From assembly GCA_026390315.1 (NCBI GenBank), contig JAPLGE010000061.1, positions 1 to 40,920 of the forward strand: 40,920 bases of DNA, written 5' to 3'. The translations under genes were made by a program, and so were the position numbers. The notes under the pieces were generated by a model that saw only the letters and a list, made by a program, of their open reading frames with translations, was not told the DNA's origin and searched no databases. Positions 31,101 to 39,086 of the stretch are shown here, one piece after another; position 1 is the first letter of the stretch; every line of letters starts with the position of its first letter. The stretch is from Candidatus Bipolaricaulota bacterium (GTDB lineage Bacteria; Bipolaricaulota; Bipolaricaulia; UBA7950; UBA9294).

Positions 31101-33132
31101 CTTCATGGGCACGGCGGGCCTCCACGATGTCGCGGAACGCCTTCCCCGTCCCTTGGCCGTCCGGGTCAACGAGGGTGAGGTAGTAGTAAGCGAAGACCGG
31201 GTCCTGAGTGGGAATGCTCAGGGGGTCGCCGTTCGACGGCGACAGGATGTTGCGCGGAGCGGCCATCAGCTCCCGGGCCTCCGCAATCGCTTCCGCGGAA
31301 AGGGGAAGGTGAACCGCCATCTGGTCCCCGTCGAAGTCCGCGTTGTATGGCGGGCAGACGAAGGGGTGGATGTGGATCGCCTCTCCGTCCACGAGGACCG
31401 GCTCGAAGGCCTGCATCGACAGCCGGTGGAGGGTCGGGGCCCGGTTGAGGAGAACCGGGTGCTGCTTGACGAGTTTCTCCAAAATGTCCCAAACCTCGGG
31501 GAGCTCGCCGCGGAGGGCCTTGTTCTTGATCTCGTCGAAGTCGGAGAAGGTGGTCGACTCCAGGTGGTGGAGGATGAACGGCTTGAACAGTTCCAGAGCC
31601 ATCTTCTTCGGGAGTCCGCACTGACTCAGCCGGAGCTTGGGGTCGACCACGATCACCGCACGCCCGGAGTAGTCGACACGGCGTCCGAGGAGGTTGCGGC
31701 GCAGCCGACCGTGCTTGCCGTGGATCCTCTCGGAGAGCGACTTCAGGGGGCGGTTGTCGCGTCCGCGTATTGGGCTCTCCTTCTTCTCGTTGTGGATCAG
31801 GGCGTCCACGGCCTCCTGCAGCATCCGCCGCTCGTTGCGCAGGATGACCTCCGGGGCGCCCATGTCAACCAGCTTCTTCAGGCGGTTGTTTCGGTTGATG
31901 ATCCGCCGGTACAGGTCGTTCAGGTCCGTCGTAGCGAACTTCCCGCCCTCGAGCTGGATCATCGGCCGCAGGGCGGGCGGGAGGACGGGGATGACGTCGA
32001 GGACCATGTCCTGAGCGTCGTTCCCCGAGGCGCGCAACTGATCGACTACTTCCAGCCGCTTGACCAGCCGACGCTGGTTCCCGACCGCTGTTTCCTGACG
32101 CAGCTCCTCGGATAGATTCTCATGAAGCTCATCCAGGTCAAGGACCTCAAGGAGTCCCTTGATCCCGGCGGCGCCGGTCACCGCCACAAAGCCGTTCGGA
32201 TGGATTCGCTCGTAGGCGTTCTTCTCCAGGTAGGTGAGCCGGTCGCCAGGCGTGAGGGGGCACGCCCGGTCCTTCACTCGCGTGACAAGGAAGATGAGGC
32301 TGTCCAGGACTTCGCGATCGAGCGCCTCCCCTTTAACCGCTGGCCCGTAGCGGTCGACGAGCATCTGGAAGGCCGTGTGAGAGCAGACGTCTCCTACCGG
32401 CCTATCCGCGATGACCGTCTCTGCGCCCACTTCGTCGCCGTCTTCGACCAGCAGGTCAGCGTCGCCCACGATGGGGTACTCCTGCGACCCGATCACGGCC
32501 GCGCGGACCTTCTCTCCATTGGTCAGCCGCCGGTCCTCCAGGGTGACCCTCCCCGCCTCGTCGGCAAGGACCCGCGGGGCATCGGCGACGAAGAACGCGG
32601 GCTCGACCGAGAACGGAAAGGCCCCCGCCAGTATATGATGCTCAGACCCGTACAGAGTCTCGCCCGGACGGACCTCCTTGCAGTCCGAGGAGGTCACCAC
32701 GTACAGACCCTGCTCGATCGGCTCCGTCTCGTAGTAGGCGATCTGCTGCAGCACCTTCTTCTTCATCCCCAGGAGCCGGGACAGGAGGCTCGAGACGCCC
32801 TTCAAGTACCAGAAGTGAACAACAGGGCTCGCAAGCGAGATGTGGGCCATGTTGACCCGCCGCACCGACGAGTCAGTGACGAGCACGTTGCACTTCTCGC
32901 ACGTGATCCCCTCGTACTTCTTCCCTTTGTACTTCCCACAGGCGCACTCGTAGTCGTTTTCGGGGCCGAAGATCTCCTCCGCGTAGAGACCGCCCCGCTC
33001 GGCCCGGTGAGTCCGGTAGTTGATCGTCTCAGATTCCGTGATCTCTCCGTGGGACCAGCCGACGATGGTGGCTGGAGACGCCAGCTGAAGCTTCACCCGC
33101 CTGATGTCATCGCCAGAGATCAATCGCCTCAC
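28132..33132 (-). CDS. rpoC: DNA-directed RNA polymerase subunit beta-prime (1666 aa, with expansions relative to remembered E. coli/Thermus homologues)
   Basis: Zinc-binding N-terminus [34 protein letters not shown], catalytic [12 protein letters not shown], trigger loop [28 protein letters not shown], and C-terminal [16 protein letters not shown]. Start is GTG 33132 or TTG 33123 (AGGAG 9 nt upstream of the latter). Confidence 0.96.
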   Translation of the reverse strand: MRRLISGDDIRRVKLQLASPATIVGWSHGEITESETINYRTHRAERGGLYAEEIFGPENDYECACGKYKGKKYEGITCEKCNVLVTDSSVRRVNMAHISLASPVVHFWYLKGVSSLLSRLLGMKKKVLQQIAYYETEPIEQGLYVVTSSDCKEVRPGETLYGSEHHILAGAFPFSVEPAFFVADAPRVLADEAGRVTLEDRRLTNGEKVRAAVIGSQEYPIVGDADLLVEDGDEVGAETVIADRPVGDVCSHTAFQMLVDRYGPAVKGEALDREVLDSLIFLVTRVKDRACPLTPGDRLTYLEKNAYERIHPNGFVAVTGAAGIKGLLEVLDLDELHENLSEELRQETAVGNQRRLVKRLEVVDQLRASGNDAQDMVLDVIPVLPPALRPMIQLEGGKFATTDLNDLYRRIINRNNRLKKLVDMGAPEVILRNERRMLQEAVDALIHNEKKESPIRGRDNRPLKSLSERIHGKHGRLRRNLLGRRVDYSGRAVIVVDPKLRLSQCGLPKKMALELFKPFILHHLESTTFSDFDEIKNKALRGELPEVWDILEKLVKQHPVLLNRAPTLHRLSMQAFEPVLVDGEAIHIHPFVCPPYNADFDGDQMAVHLPLSAEAIAEARELMAAPRNILSPSNGDPLSIPTQDPVFAYYYLTLVDPDGQGTGKAFRDIVEARRAHEGGFLDLHSVVRIRIDGEVVETTLGRAELNLVLPPETRDYHRVMDRRATKALIMDCYHRFGWEETSEVLDLLKDLGFKYATYAALTISIKDCLIPPEKEEIVRRSYAAVRRINKMYELGLATDDERSQAVIRIWRRTVDEVERATMENLRAHRFNPVYGIVTSGARGGPDQVKQLCGMRGPMAGPSGDIIEMPVISNFREGLDMMEYFISTHGGRKGAADTALKTADSGYLTRRLVDATSDTIIREEDCGTAQGVEVDPLRYSKTEVMEPIEDRIYGRVASRPIVDPSTGEILVESGQWISYEMAAHIGRLEVELPIGGEDEQERLIGTKSADDVRHPSEGHVLIQADELVTPRLIGSLRAAGIKRVKVRPQIVIRSPMVCESRRGICQRCYGYDMSTHRPVDLGTAVGVIAAQSVGEPGTQLTMRTFHTGGVAGEDITQGLPRAEELFEARRTVKSAQAGISPLDGHVTAVTSTATGGDRVEITGERRVLQIPAALVRAEPGEEADVEDLIDSGSPCSGEVHIVGSGNRRELVVIDTEGGDRAYSLPRGAVPRVKDGATVAAGDALTDRFNIEPIVADRPGTIEFSEEKERTFRHVGRDGTVAEYEIPYGARMMAEPGAKVKEGDQLTSRSKPIFIASDVDGTVLLLPDRIIVYNPSGGGVRFRLTVDLSPAKASGERIAEGERLVRLEIPEGRVVVEKIQTKGGTSSVSIHPKSVVKIDQAATVRMGDKVQEGDLLTKGVVAPHTLLEAAGVKKTREYLLTEIHKVYKAQGVDINDKHLEVIIRQILNNVRIVDRGDSRFLMSDLVALEAFQEELQRLARLNQEGEQARQEAIGQKIAEDLVVGGQLIAASGEAVTQGILHAAKRAGASCVRVQRGEEDVVEIPLGDRGLPTGERELLRISKAALQTKGWLSAASFQRTTKVLAEAALRGETDELEGLKPSIIVGKRIPAGTGFPSAEAARAEEAEVPSESELTGSMSSPIIANSLER

Positions 33133-33170
33133 TCCTCACAGGACGGCGACAGCCGTTTGGCTTGCCGCTC

Positions 33171-33200
33171 TTAACGAGAAACGCGCCCCGCTGGGGCAGC
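33171..33200 (-). terminator. weak intrinsic-terminator-like hairpin downstream of the FmdB-like gene
   Basis: In minus sense: CTGCCCC-AGC-GGGGCG (5-6 bp GC stem, 3-nt loop) followed by CGTTTCTCGTT. The stem is short, so this is only a candidate. Confidence 0.3.
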
Positions 33201-33229
33201 ACAGATAGACTGGGAAGCGCACAACAGGC

Positions 33230-33448
33230 CTAGTCCTCGGCCTTGTCCGCCGCGGCGTTTCCCTGCTTGGCTCGACTGTCCGTTGTGTAATACCCGTTCC
33301 CTTTGTAGATCACGCCGATACGAGGGAGGAGGCGCTTGGCTTTCCGACTCCCGCAGTGCGGGCAGGTCGCGGAAGAGCTAGATCCGTTCTGCTGGAGAAG
33401 CTTGAAGACGGCGGCGCAGTCCTCACATTCGTAGCGGTAAAAAGGCAT
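33230..33448 (-). CDS. FmdB-family zinc-ribbon protein (CxxC_CxxC_SSSS type)
   Basis: MPFYRYECEDCAAVFKLLQQNGSSSSATCPHCGSRKAKRLL..., the classic FmdB N-terminal ribbon. Confidence 0.85.
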   Translation of the reverse strand: MPFYRYECEDCAAVFKLLQQNGSSSSATCPHCGSRKAKRLLPRIGVIYKGNGYYTTDSRAKQGNAAADKAED

Positions 33449-33594
33449 AACTATCCCCCTCTCCCTGCTTCTGGGGATTCTCCGTTTCCTCGCTCTCTAG
33501 CCGCAAAACAGGCACCGCCTCGCCCGCAGCCAACCACGCGTCTGGCTCTGTCATCCAGAGTCAGGCAGAAGCATAGCCGCGCGCAGGGCGGTTT

Positions 33595-34659
33595 TCAAGG
33601 CCGCGGGATCGGCCGCGACCCGACGGGAAGAAGAAGGTGTGGAACAAGGCAGTAGTCCTCGATCTCGGCCACCGACGCAAAGGGGACGACGTGCGACTGC
33701 AGGGTCTCGTCTTCGCTTTCGAAACGGTAGCTGACGGGAACGCTGCCCAGGTGAGCCGCGTCGCTGTGCGTCACGGTGATTCGTCCCGCCAGCTTGATGA
33801 TCTCCCGCACCTCCGCCGTCGACTTCCCCTCCCATTCCGTCCGCACGAGGGTCATCGGTCCGCGGTGGATGGGAAGGTATACGCGCAGGTCTCGCGGCAG
33901 GAAGAAGTTCTGAAGGGCGCGCTTCTCCTCTTCGTCCGTGGCCAGGACGATGTTCACGTCAGGCAGCCTCTTGTAGTACAGGCGGAAATCGAGGAGCTTG
34001 AGGGCGTTCATGGTAAACCCCTCTTCCTCGAAGAGGATCTCCAGCCTCCTGCCGAATCCCGGGGACGTAAGCTTGCAGCGCAGCTCGCTACACATGGGAT
34101 CAGACGTCGACAGACCGACGGTCTCGGCGATTGCCCCAAGCTGCCCCGCATCGTCTGCCGTCAGATCTCCCAGGCAACTCCGGTCAATCCACCCCTCTTC
34201 CTCAGGCCGTGTCGGGGGAAGCAGGCGCGCAGAGAGGGGCCGCAACAGGACGTCCGCGATGCCCAGGTCCTCGGCGATGCATTCCATGTCCTCCGCGAGA
34301 AGGCCGTGCTCGCCGACGATCTCCCCCGTGATGAGGAAGTCTGCTTGCAGCCGCCTCATGTAGCGGACGGCCCGCGATAGAATCAGCCGGCGGCAGCTCG
34401 AGCAGCTCCGCCGGAGCGAGAAGGACCCGCCGGGAGGGATGTTCGCCAGATGCCGGTAGTCTTTCTTCAACGACTGAGTGCGAAAGCCCATTCCGGGCCA
34501 TTCGGATTTCGCGATCTCCCGGATGCCGTCGTGCTCTTCGAAGAACGGCGAACGGAAGTGCAGGAGAAGGACCTCATCCACTCCCGGCGAGCGCTCCACC
34601 AGCCGCGTGGCCACCCGACTCGCCAGGCTTCCGGAAAAGAGAGAGAGTCCTTTTACCAC
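33595..34659 (-). CDS. PP-loop (adenine nucleotide alpha-hydrolase) superfamily protein, MnmA/ThiI-like, with a degenerate SGGxDS motif
   Basis: GTG 34659, with GGAGAAG 4 nt upstream. The N-terminus LSLFSGSLASRVA aligns to the LFSGGLDS PP-loop. Other family-like blocks are FRSPFF, SCSSCRRL, FLITGEIVGE, LLRPLSARLLPPTRPEEEGWIDR and a later Cys (LRCKLTSPGFGRRL). Confidence 0.75.
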   Translation of the reverse strand: MVKGLSLFSGSLASRVATRLVERSPGVDEVLLLHFRSPFFEEHDGIREIAKSEWPGMGFRTQSLKKDYRHLANIPPGGSFSLRRSCSSCRRLILSRAVRYMRRLQADFLITGEIVGEHGLLAEDMECIAEDLGIADVLLRPLSARLLPPTRPEEEGWIDRSCLGDLTADDAGQLGAIAETVGLSTSDPMCSELRCKLTSPGFGRRLEILFEEEGFTMNALKLLDFRLYYKRLPDVNIVLATDEEEKRALQNFFLPRDLRVYLPIHRGPMTLVRTEWEGKSTAEVREIIKLAGRITVTHSDAAHLGSVPVSYRFESEDETLQSHVVPFASVAEIEDYCLVPHLLLPVGSRPIPRP

Positions 34660-34685
34660 GCGTCTTCTCCGATTCGCGATCTCAC

Positions 34686-35207
34686 CTATCGCCTCGGCTC
34701 GATCAAGCCGTAGTTGCCATCGCGGCGGTGATACATGATGCTGACTTCGTCGTTCTCGGAGTTGATGAAGACCAGGAAGCCCTTCTCGATGGCCTCGAGC
34801 TGAAGAGCCGCCTCTTCGGGGCTCATGGGCTTACGAAGGTAGGTGTCGGTGCGGATGATCTCCTTGTGGTTTCCTTCCGGGGCTTCCGCTGGCTCGCTCG
34901 GGCGCACCTCCCCGTCGCGGGTGTCTTTAAGAAGGTCGTTGTACTTCACCAGTTGCCGCTTCAGCCGATCGATCGCCTTGTCGATCGAGGCGTACATGTC
35001 GGAGGATTCCTCGTGCGCCTTGATGACCTTCCGGTTCATGAGGTGAGCATGGAAGTCTGCACTCTGACGCTCTTTTTCGACCGATAGGACCGCATCGACG
35101 CTGATGATCCGATCGTAGAACCGCTCCAGCGCCTCGGTCTTCTCAAGAACGTGTGCGCGAATCGACTCGCTTGTCGTCCCGTGCCGCTCAACGATCTTGA
35201 CCTTCAC
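34686..35207 (-). CDS. hpf: ribosome hibernation promoting factor, long form
   Basis: The N-terminal sigma-54-modulation/S30AE domain (KVKIVERHGTTSESIRAHVLEKTEALERFYDRIISVDAVL...) is joined by a linker to a C-terminal dimerisation domain (RKPMSPEEAALQLEAIEKGFLVFINSENDEVSIMYHRRDGNYGLIEP). GTG 35207 is preceded by AAGGAGG. The ORF-track start at 35258 is rejected. Confidence 0.9.
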   Translation of the reverse strand: MKVKIVERHGTTSESIRAHVLEKTEALERFYDRIISVDAVLSVEKERQSADFHAHLMNRKVIKAHEESSDMYASIDKAIDRLKRQLVKYNDLLKDTRDGEVRPSEPAEAPEGNHKEIIRTDTYLRKPMSPEEAALQLEAIEKGFLVFINSENDEVSIMYHRRDGNYGLIEPRR

Positions 35208-35229
35208 ATCCCCCTCCTTTCCCCAAAAG

Positions 35230-35258
35230 ATCGTAGCAGAAAGGGAGGGATCGGTCAA
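35230..35258 (-). promoter_or_regulatory. sigma-70-like promoter candidate for hpf
   Basis: In minus sense: TTGACC (35258-35253), 17-nt spacer, TACGAT (35235-35230), 22 nt upstream of GTG 35207. Confidence 0.45.
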
Positions 35259-35313
35259 CAGACCGACCCGGAATTCCTGCGCGATCCTCTCTTTGGATAG
35301 ACTGACTTATCTG

Positions 35314-36837
35314 CTACTTGATCGCGCTGAACTGCTCCCGAAGGGATCGCGTGACCGCATGGAGCTCACGTGCCGTGAGGTCCGGCTGGTAGACGCTGAA
35401 CTCGCGCTGCACGAACGCCGCCAGACTGCAGCGATACCGGACGCCATCCGAGCGACGCTCTCGGACGATGAGCCCGGCCCCGACGAGGTCCCGCGGCGAG
35501 TTCTCCTCAATCACGCCGCGCGCGCATCCGGTCCACGCGGCGATTTGGCCAACGGAGTAGGAGTTCGGACTGCGGCTGGCCAGGAAGGAGACGATTCGCC
35601 GGTCGAGGAGCCCTTGCTTGGCGACGCGCGAGACGAGTCGGTCGACGTGCCGCCGTACCGCGCGCGGAAGCAGGTCCAAGGGATCCTCGTCCTCTTCTTC
35701 GGCCGTCCGCTCGTCCTCGGCAAGAGCGACCGGCTCCTCGCAGGCTGAGACAGCCATGCTGGGACAAGCCGCCACGTGAGCGGTCTCTCCGCTCCCCGCG
35801 GAGAGCCGCTGGATCGCCGGGAAGAAGACGGGCGGCTCCGCGGCAGCCCGCTCGGGGACCTGTACCTTGATGTAACCGAGCGCGCGGGCAATCTCATCCA
35901 GTTCGGCGATCTGCGATTCCTTCTCTCGAAGGACCGCTTGGAGGCGCTCAAGTTCCTCCTGCGGCACCGGCACCCGCGACGTCTTCCCCTTTCCTTCCCT
36001 CGCCCTCTCGATCGCCTCAATGATCGACTGACTCACCTGCTTCAGCTGGGGTGTGACCACGACCTCGAGAGACGGCGTGAAACCCGCGTGGAAGGTCTCT
36101 CTCTCCCTGACGCGGATGGGCAGGATCGACTCCCCGTTGACGTAGATGCAGTCTCCGGTTTCGAGCGCGTTGACCATCTCTTTCACTTCGGTCTTCTTCC
36201 ACGGGAGGAGTTCCCCGTAGACCCGCATGTCCGCCTCGTGGACCACCCGATGCAGAAAGAGCATCCCCGCCTGACTGAGGACGTCTTTCTCCACCTTCGC
36301 GCTGCGTTGCGAGACGATGATCGCGCCTAGGCCGCGCTTCCGACCGCGCAACGCCACGCGCGCGATCAGTTCTTTGAGCTCTGTGCGCACTCCCTGGGGG
36401 ATGAACTCGTGCGCCTCCTCGATCCCGATGATGTAGGGTCGGCGAAGCTTCCCGGCGAGATTCCACAGCGCGGTGAGGTACTCCTTCAGGAACTCCGTTC
36501 GCTCCCCAGAGAGAAAGCCGGAGAGGTCGAGCACGACTGGGACGTTCTTCTCCATGCTGACACGAGCGATCTCCTCGGCGGAGTCGACGTCCACTTCGAT
36601 CTCGACACCGTCGCCGGATCCAGCGACCAGGATCTCGAACTTCTCCTTGAGGCCGAAGTACTCGCCGTCGATGTCGACGATGGAGAGAGGGTAGTTGTGC
36701 TTCAAGAGCTCCTCGAAGAGCACGCCGGCCGTGTTCGACTTCCCCGACCCGCGGATCCCCAGGATGGCGACGCACTGTCCGATGATCTGCTCGAGCTCGA
36801 GCGGCAAGTCGTTGCTGATGAAGAGTGGTGTTCCCAT
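35314..36837 (-). CDS. HerA/FtsK-superfamily P-loop ATPase (DUF87-like) with coiled coil and C-terminal winged-helix domain
   Basis: ATG 36837 (MGTPLFISNDLPLELEQIIGQCVAILGIRGSGKSNT = Walker A). Other motifs are a Walker B-like RRPYIIGIEEAHEF and RKRGLGAIIVSQR. The rest comprises a coiled coil (QEELERLQAVLREKESQIAELDEIA), an acidic linker (EDERTAEEEDEDPLD) and a wHTH-like tail (SYSVGQIAAWTGCARGVIEENSPRDLVGAGLIVRERRSDGVRYR). The SD is weak. The ORF track extends to 37038. Confidence 0.8.
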   Translation of the reverse strand: MGTPLFISNDLPLELEQIIGQCVAILGIRGSGKSNTAGVLFEELLKHNYPLSIVDIDGEYFGLKEKFEILVAGSGDGVEIEVDVDSAEEIARVSMEKNVPVVLDLSGFLSGERTEFLKEYLTALWNLAGKLRRPYIIGIEEAHEFIPQGVRTELKELIARVALRGRKRGLGAIIVSQRSAKVEKDVLSQAGMLFLHRVVHEADMRVYGELLPWKKTEVKEMVNALETGDCIYVNGESILPIRVRERETFHAGFTPSLEVVVTPQLKQVSQSIIEAIERAREGKGKTSRVPVPQEELERLQAVLREKESQIAELDEIARALGYIKVQVPERAAAEPPVFFPAIQRLSAGSGETAHVAACPSMAVSACEEPVALAEDERTAEEEDEDPLDLLPRAVRRHVDRLVSRVAKQGLLDRRIVSFLASRSPNSYSVGQIAAWTGCARGVIEENSPRDLVGAGLIVRERRSDGVRYRCSLAAFVQREFSVYQPDLTARELHAVTRSLREQFSAIK

Positions 36838-37041
36838 GGCATCCCGGCCTGATCTCGTCACACAGGACGGCGCAGATTCTCTCCACTCGCCGCCCGACCG
36901 GTTCTTCCCCTCCTCGCGCGCCGCGCCGAGCCTCGATCGACCTGCTCGTCGGCGCAGGCTGTCGTTTGCTCCGTCCGCAAGGGACGGCCGCTGAAGACTA
37001 GCGGGAGCCGTCCGGAGTTCCGAGGTCGGCTGTCCCATCCT

Positions 37042-38496
37042 TCACGGCACTCGGTCCTCGCTCCCTCTTCCAGCGAGAAGGGCGCGCGCCTCGGCCTCGG
37101 CCTCCTCGCGGGTTGCGATCTCGCCGGCGAGGATCCGATCGTGCACGGCGTCCAGGATCCTGCCGAGCTCCGGTCCTGGCCTCATCCCAAGGCCCTGAAG
37201 GGCGTGGCCGTCCAAGAGTTCCCGGGCCCGGCGAAGGCTGCACACCCGGTCGATGTGCTCGACCACTCGGAGGGTCTCCCGCAGGATCGGCGCCCAGCCT
37301 GAGGAGCGGTGAGCGCTCGATTCGCAGTCCGCGACGAGGACCTGCAGAAGGTCGAAGAAGAGGGGAAACCGCTTGCGGAGCGCGCGCGGTCCCACCGCCT
37401 CGCCTTCGCTTACGAAGCGCACCTGCTTCCCCCGCCCCATCTTGGGGAAGTCCGCGATCCGCATGTGATTCCTGACGAGGAAGGCAAGGCGGGCCGCCTC
37501 CTGGCGGCTGAGGCGGAGTCGCTGCGCGATCTGCCTCGTCATGCGGGCGCTCACGGCGCAGTGCCCGCCCATGTTCTCTCCCCCGCTCCTCTCGAGGGCG
37601 TAGGGCTTGCCGATGTCGTGCAGGAGGACGGCCAGCTTCACCCACGGATCGCTCACGAAGCCGTCCGCCACCCGGACCGCCTCGAGCGTGTGAACGTACA
37701 CGTCCCCCTCGGGATGGAACTCCTCCGGCTGCGGGACTCCCTTCAGCTGCGCAACCTCAGGGAGGATGGGCTCGAGCAACCCAAGATCCTCGAGGAGGGC
37801 GATCCCGCGTGCGGCCTGGCGCGACGCGAGGATGCGCAGGAGTTCCTCGCGGATCCTCTCGCCGGACACGGACGCGATCTCCTTGGCGTTCTCGCGGATC
37901 GCTTCGGCGGTCCTGGCGTCGATCGCTCCCTCGATTTGGCACGCAAAGCGGACCGCCCGCAGCATCCGCAGGGAGTCCTCGCGGAAGCGCTCCCGAGGAT
38001 CCCCAATCGCCCGGATCCGCCGGTTCCTCAGGTCTTCGATGCCCGACACGAGGTCGATCACCGTGCCGTCTGCCCGCGCGGCGAGGCCGTTGACGGTGAG
38101 GTCGCGCCTTCTGACGTCCGCGGCAAGGTCCCTCACCAATTCGACCTTCCCCGGCCAGCGACCGTCGTACTCACCCTCGACGCGGAACGTCGCGACCTCG
38201 ACCTCATCCCCGTCGGGAGCGACGACCACGAGGACGCCGAACTCCTCTCCCACACCGACGATCGGCCGATCTGGGAAGAGGCGGCGGATCTCGTCGGGGA
38301 GGCCCGAGGTCGCGATGTCGACCTCCCTCGGTGCAAAGGGGCGCTCTCGGTCGAGAATCGCCAGAACGCCGTCCCGTACGACCCCGCCAATGAGAACCGC
38401 CTCGTGGCCGGCCGCGGCGAGGCGACTGAGCACCTCCAGCGCGAACGGGTGGAGCGAGAAGATCGTCCCCACGTCGATGCAGAAGCCCGATGTCAT
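37042..38496 (-). CDS. cca: CCA-adding tRNA nucleotidyltransferase (class II, with HD domain)
   Basis: LIGGVVRDGVL head-domain motif, DIAT, RRDLTVNGLA, and the HD domain LLHDIGKP. ATG 38496 sits only 10 nt below a TATAGT box, so the mRNA may be near-leaderless. The ORF-track start at 38643 is rejected. Confidence 0.88.
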   Translation of the reverse strand: MTSGFCIDVGTIFSLHPFALEVLSRLAAAGHEAVLIGGVVRDGVLAILDRERPFAPREVDIATSGLPDEIRRLFPDRPIVGVGEEFGVLVVVAPDGDEVEVATFRVEGEYDGRWPGKVELVRDLAADVRRRDLTVNGLAARADGTVIDLVSGIEDLRNRRIRAIGDPRERFREDSLRMLRAVRFACQIEGAIDARTAEAIRENAKEIASVSGERIREELLRILASRQAARGIALLEDLGLLEPILPEVAQLKGVPQPEEFHPEGDVYVHTLEAVRVADGFVSDPWVKLAVLLHDIGKPYALERSGGENMGGHCAVSARMTRQIAQRLRLSRQEAARLAFLVRNHMRIADFPKMGRGKQVRFVSEGEAVGPRALRKRFPLFFDLLQVLVADCESSAHRSSGWAPILRETLRVVEHIDRVCSLRRARELLDGHALQGLGMRPGPELGRILDAVHDRILAGEIATREEAEAEARALLAGRGSEDRVP

Positions 38497-38506
38497 TCCG
38501 AAGCCG

Positions 38507-38536
38507 ACTATAGCGGTCCACGGCGATGCGGCGCAA
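38507..38536 (-). promoter_or_regulatory. sigma-70-like promoter candidate for cca
   Basis: In minus sense: TTGCGC (38536-38531), 18-nt spacer, TATAGT (38512-38507). Confidence 0.35.
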
Positions 38537-38623
38537 GGACGGGCTCCTCGAGCATACGCCCTCGCACTCCTCCGCGGTCGCGGCCTGCTCGGTTCCCGAT
38601 CAGGAAGCAAGGGGCTTCGCGGC

Positions 38624-38652
38624 TTGACTTCCCCTCGCCACACCTCTACAGT
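38624..38652 (+). promoter_or_regulatory. sigma-70-like promoter candidate for the PKD lipoprotein gene
   Basis: TTGACT (38624-38629), 17-nt spacer, TACAGT (38647-38652), 37 nt upstream of ATG 38690. Confidence 0.5.
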
Positions 38653-38689
38653 GGTCTAGCGGGTGTTGAAGGAGAACAGGGAGGCTACT

Positions 38690-39064
38690 ATGAAGATGAA
38701 GGCCGTTGGGCGCCGCCAGATGACGATCGTGGGGCTCCTCGCTGTCGCGTTTGTTTCGCTCGGCCTCGCGGGATGTTTCTACTTCGGGAACATCGCGCCG
38801 GTCGCGAGTTTCACGGCCGTTCCGGCGAGCGGCCCGGCTCCCCTCGCCGTCGCCTTCGACGCGTCGGGATCCACGGACGTGGACGGGACGATCGCCTCGT
38901 ACCTTTGGGATTTCGGAGACACCCAAACCAACTCGGGCTCGGGGGTCCTCGTTTCCCACAGCTACACGCAGACCGAATCCAAAGTCTACACGGTGGTTCT
39001 GACCGTCGCCGACAACGACGGCGCGACGGACACGGCCGTCAAGAACATCTCCGTAACGCCGTAG
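38690..39064 (+). CDS. small lipoprotein with a single PKD domain
   Basis: AGGGAGG SD, then MKMKAVGRRQMTIVGLLAVAFVSLGLAGC (lipobox LAGC), then a PKD repeat (PLAVAFDASGSTDVDGTIASYLWDFGDTQ...YTVVLTVADNDGATD). Confidence 0.85.
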   Translation: MKMKAVGRRQMTIVGLLAVAFVSLGLAGCFYFGNIAPVASFTAVPASGPAPLAVAFDASGSTDVDGTIASYLWDFGDTQTNSGSGVLVSHSYTQTESKVYTVVLTVADNDGATDTAVKNISVTP

Positions 39065-39086
39065 CCGCCGAGTCGGCCAAGCCGTC

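Noticed and set aside
28132-33132. Intein or mobile insertion explaining the large size of rpoC
   Set aside because: The extra residues show no intein splice-junction pattern (no Cys/Ser at an insertion start paired with a terminal His-Asn followed by Cys/Ser/Thr). Instead they show repeated SBHM-like motifs at positions where beta-prime lineage-specific expansions are known to occur.
35314-36837. HerA-like ATPase as part of an anti-phage defence island
   Set aside because: There is no adjacent nuclease, SIR2, NurA or other effector gene, and no integrase, transposase or flanking repeats. Neighbours are housekeeping genes on the same strand with similar composition. It is reported as an orphan gene of unknown function rather than a defence system.
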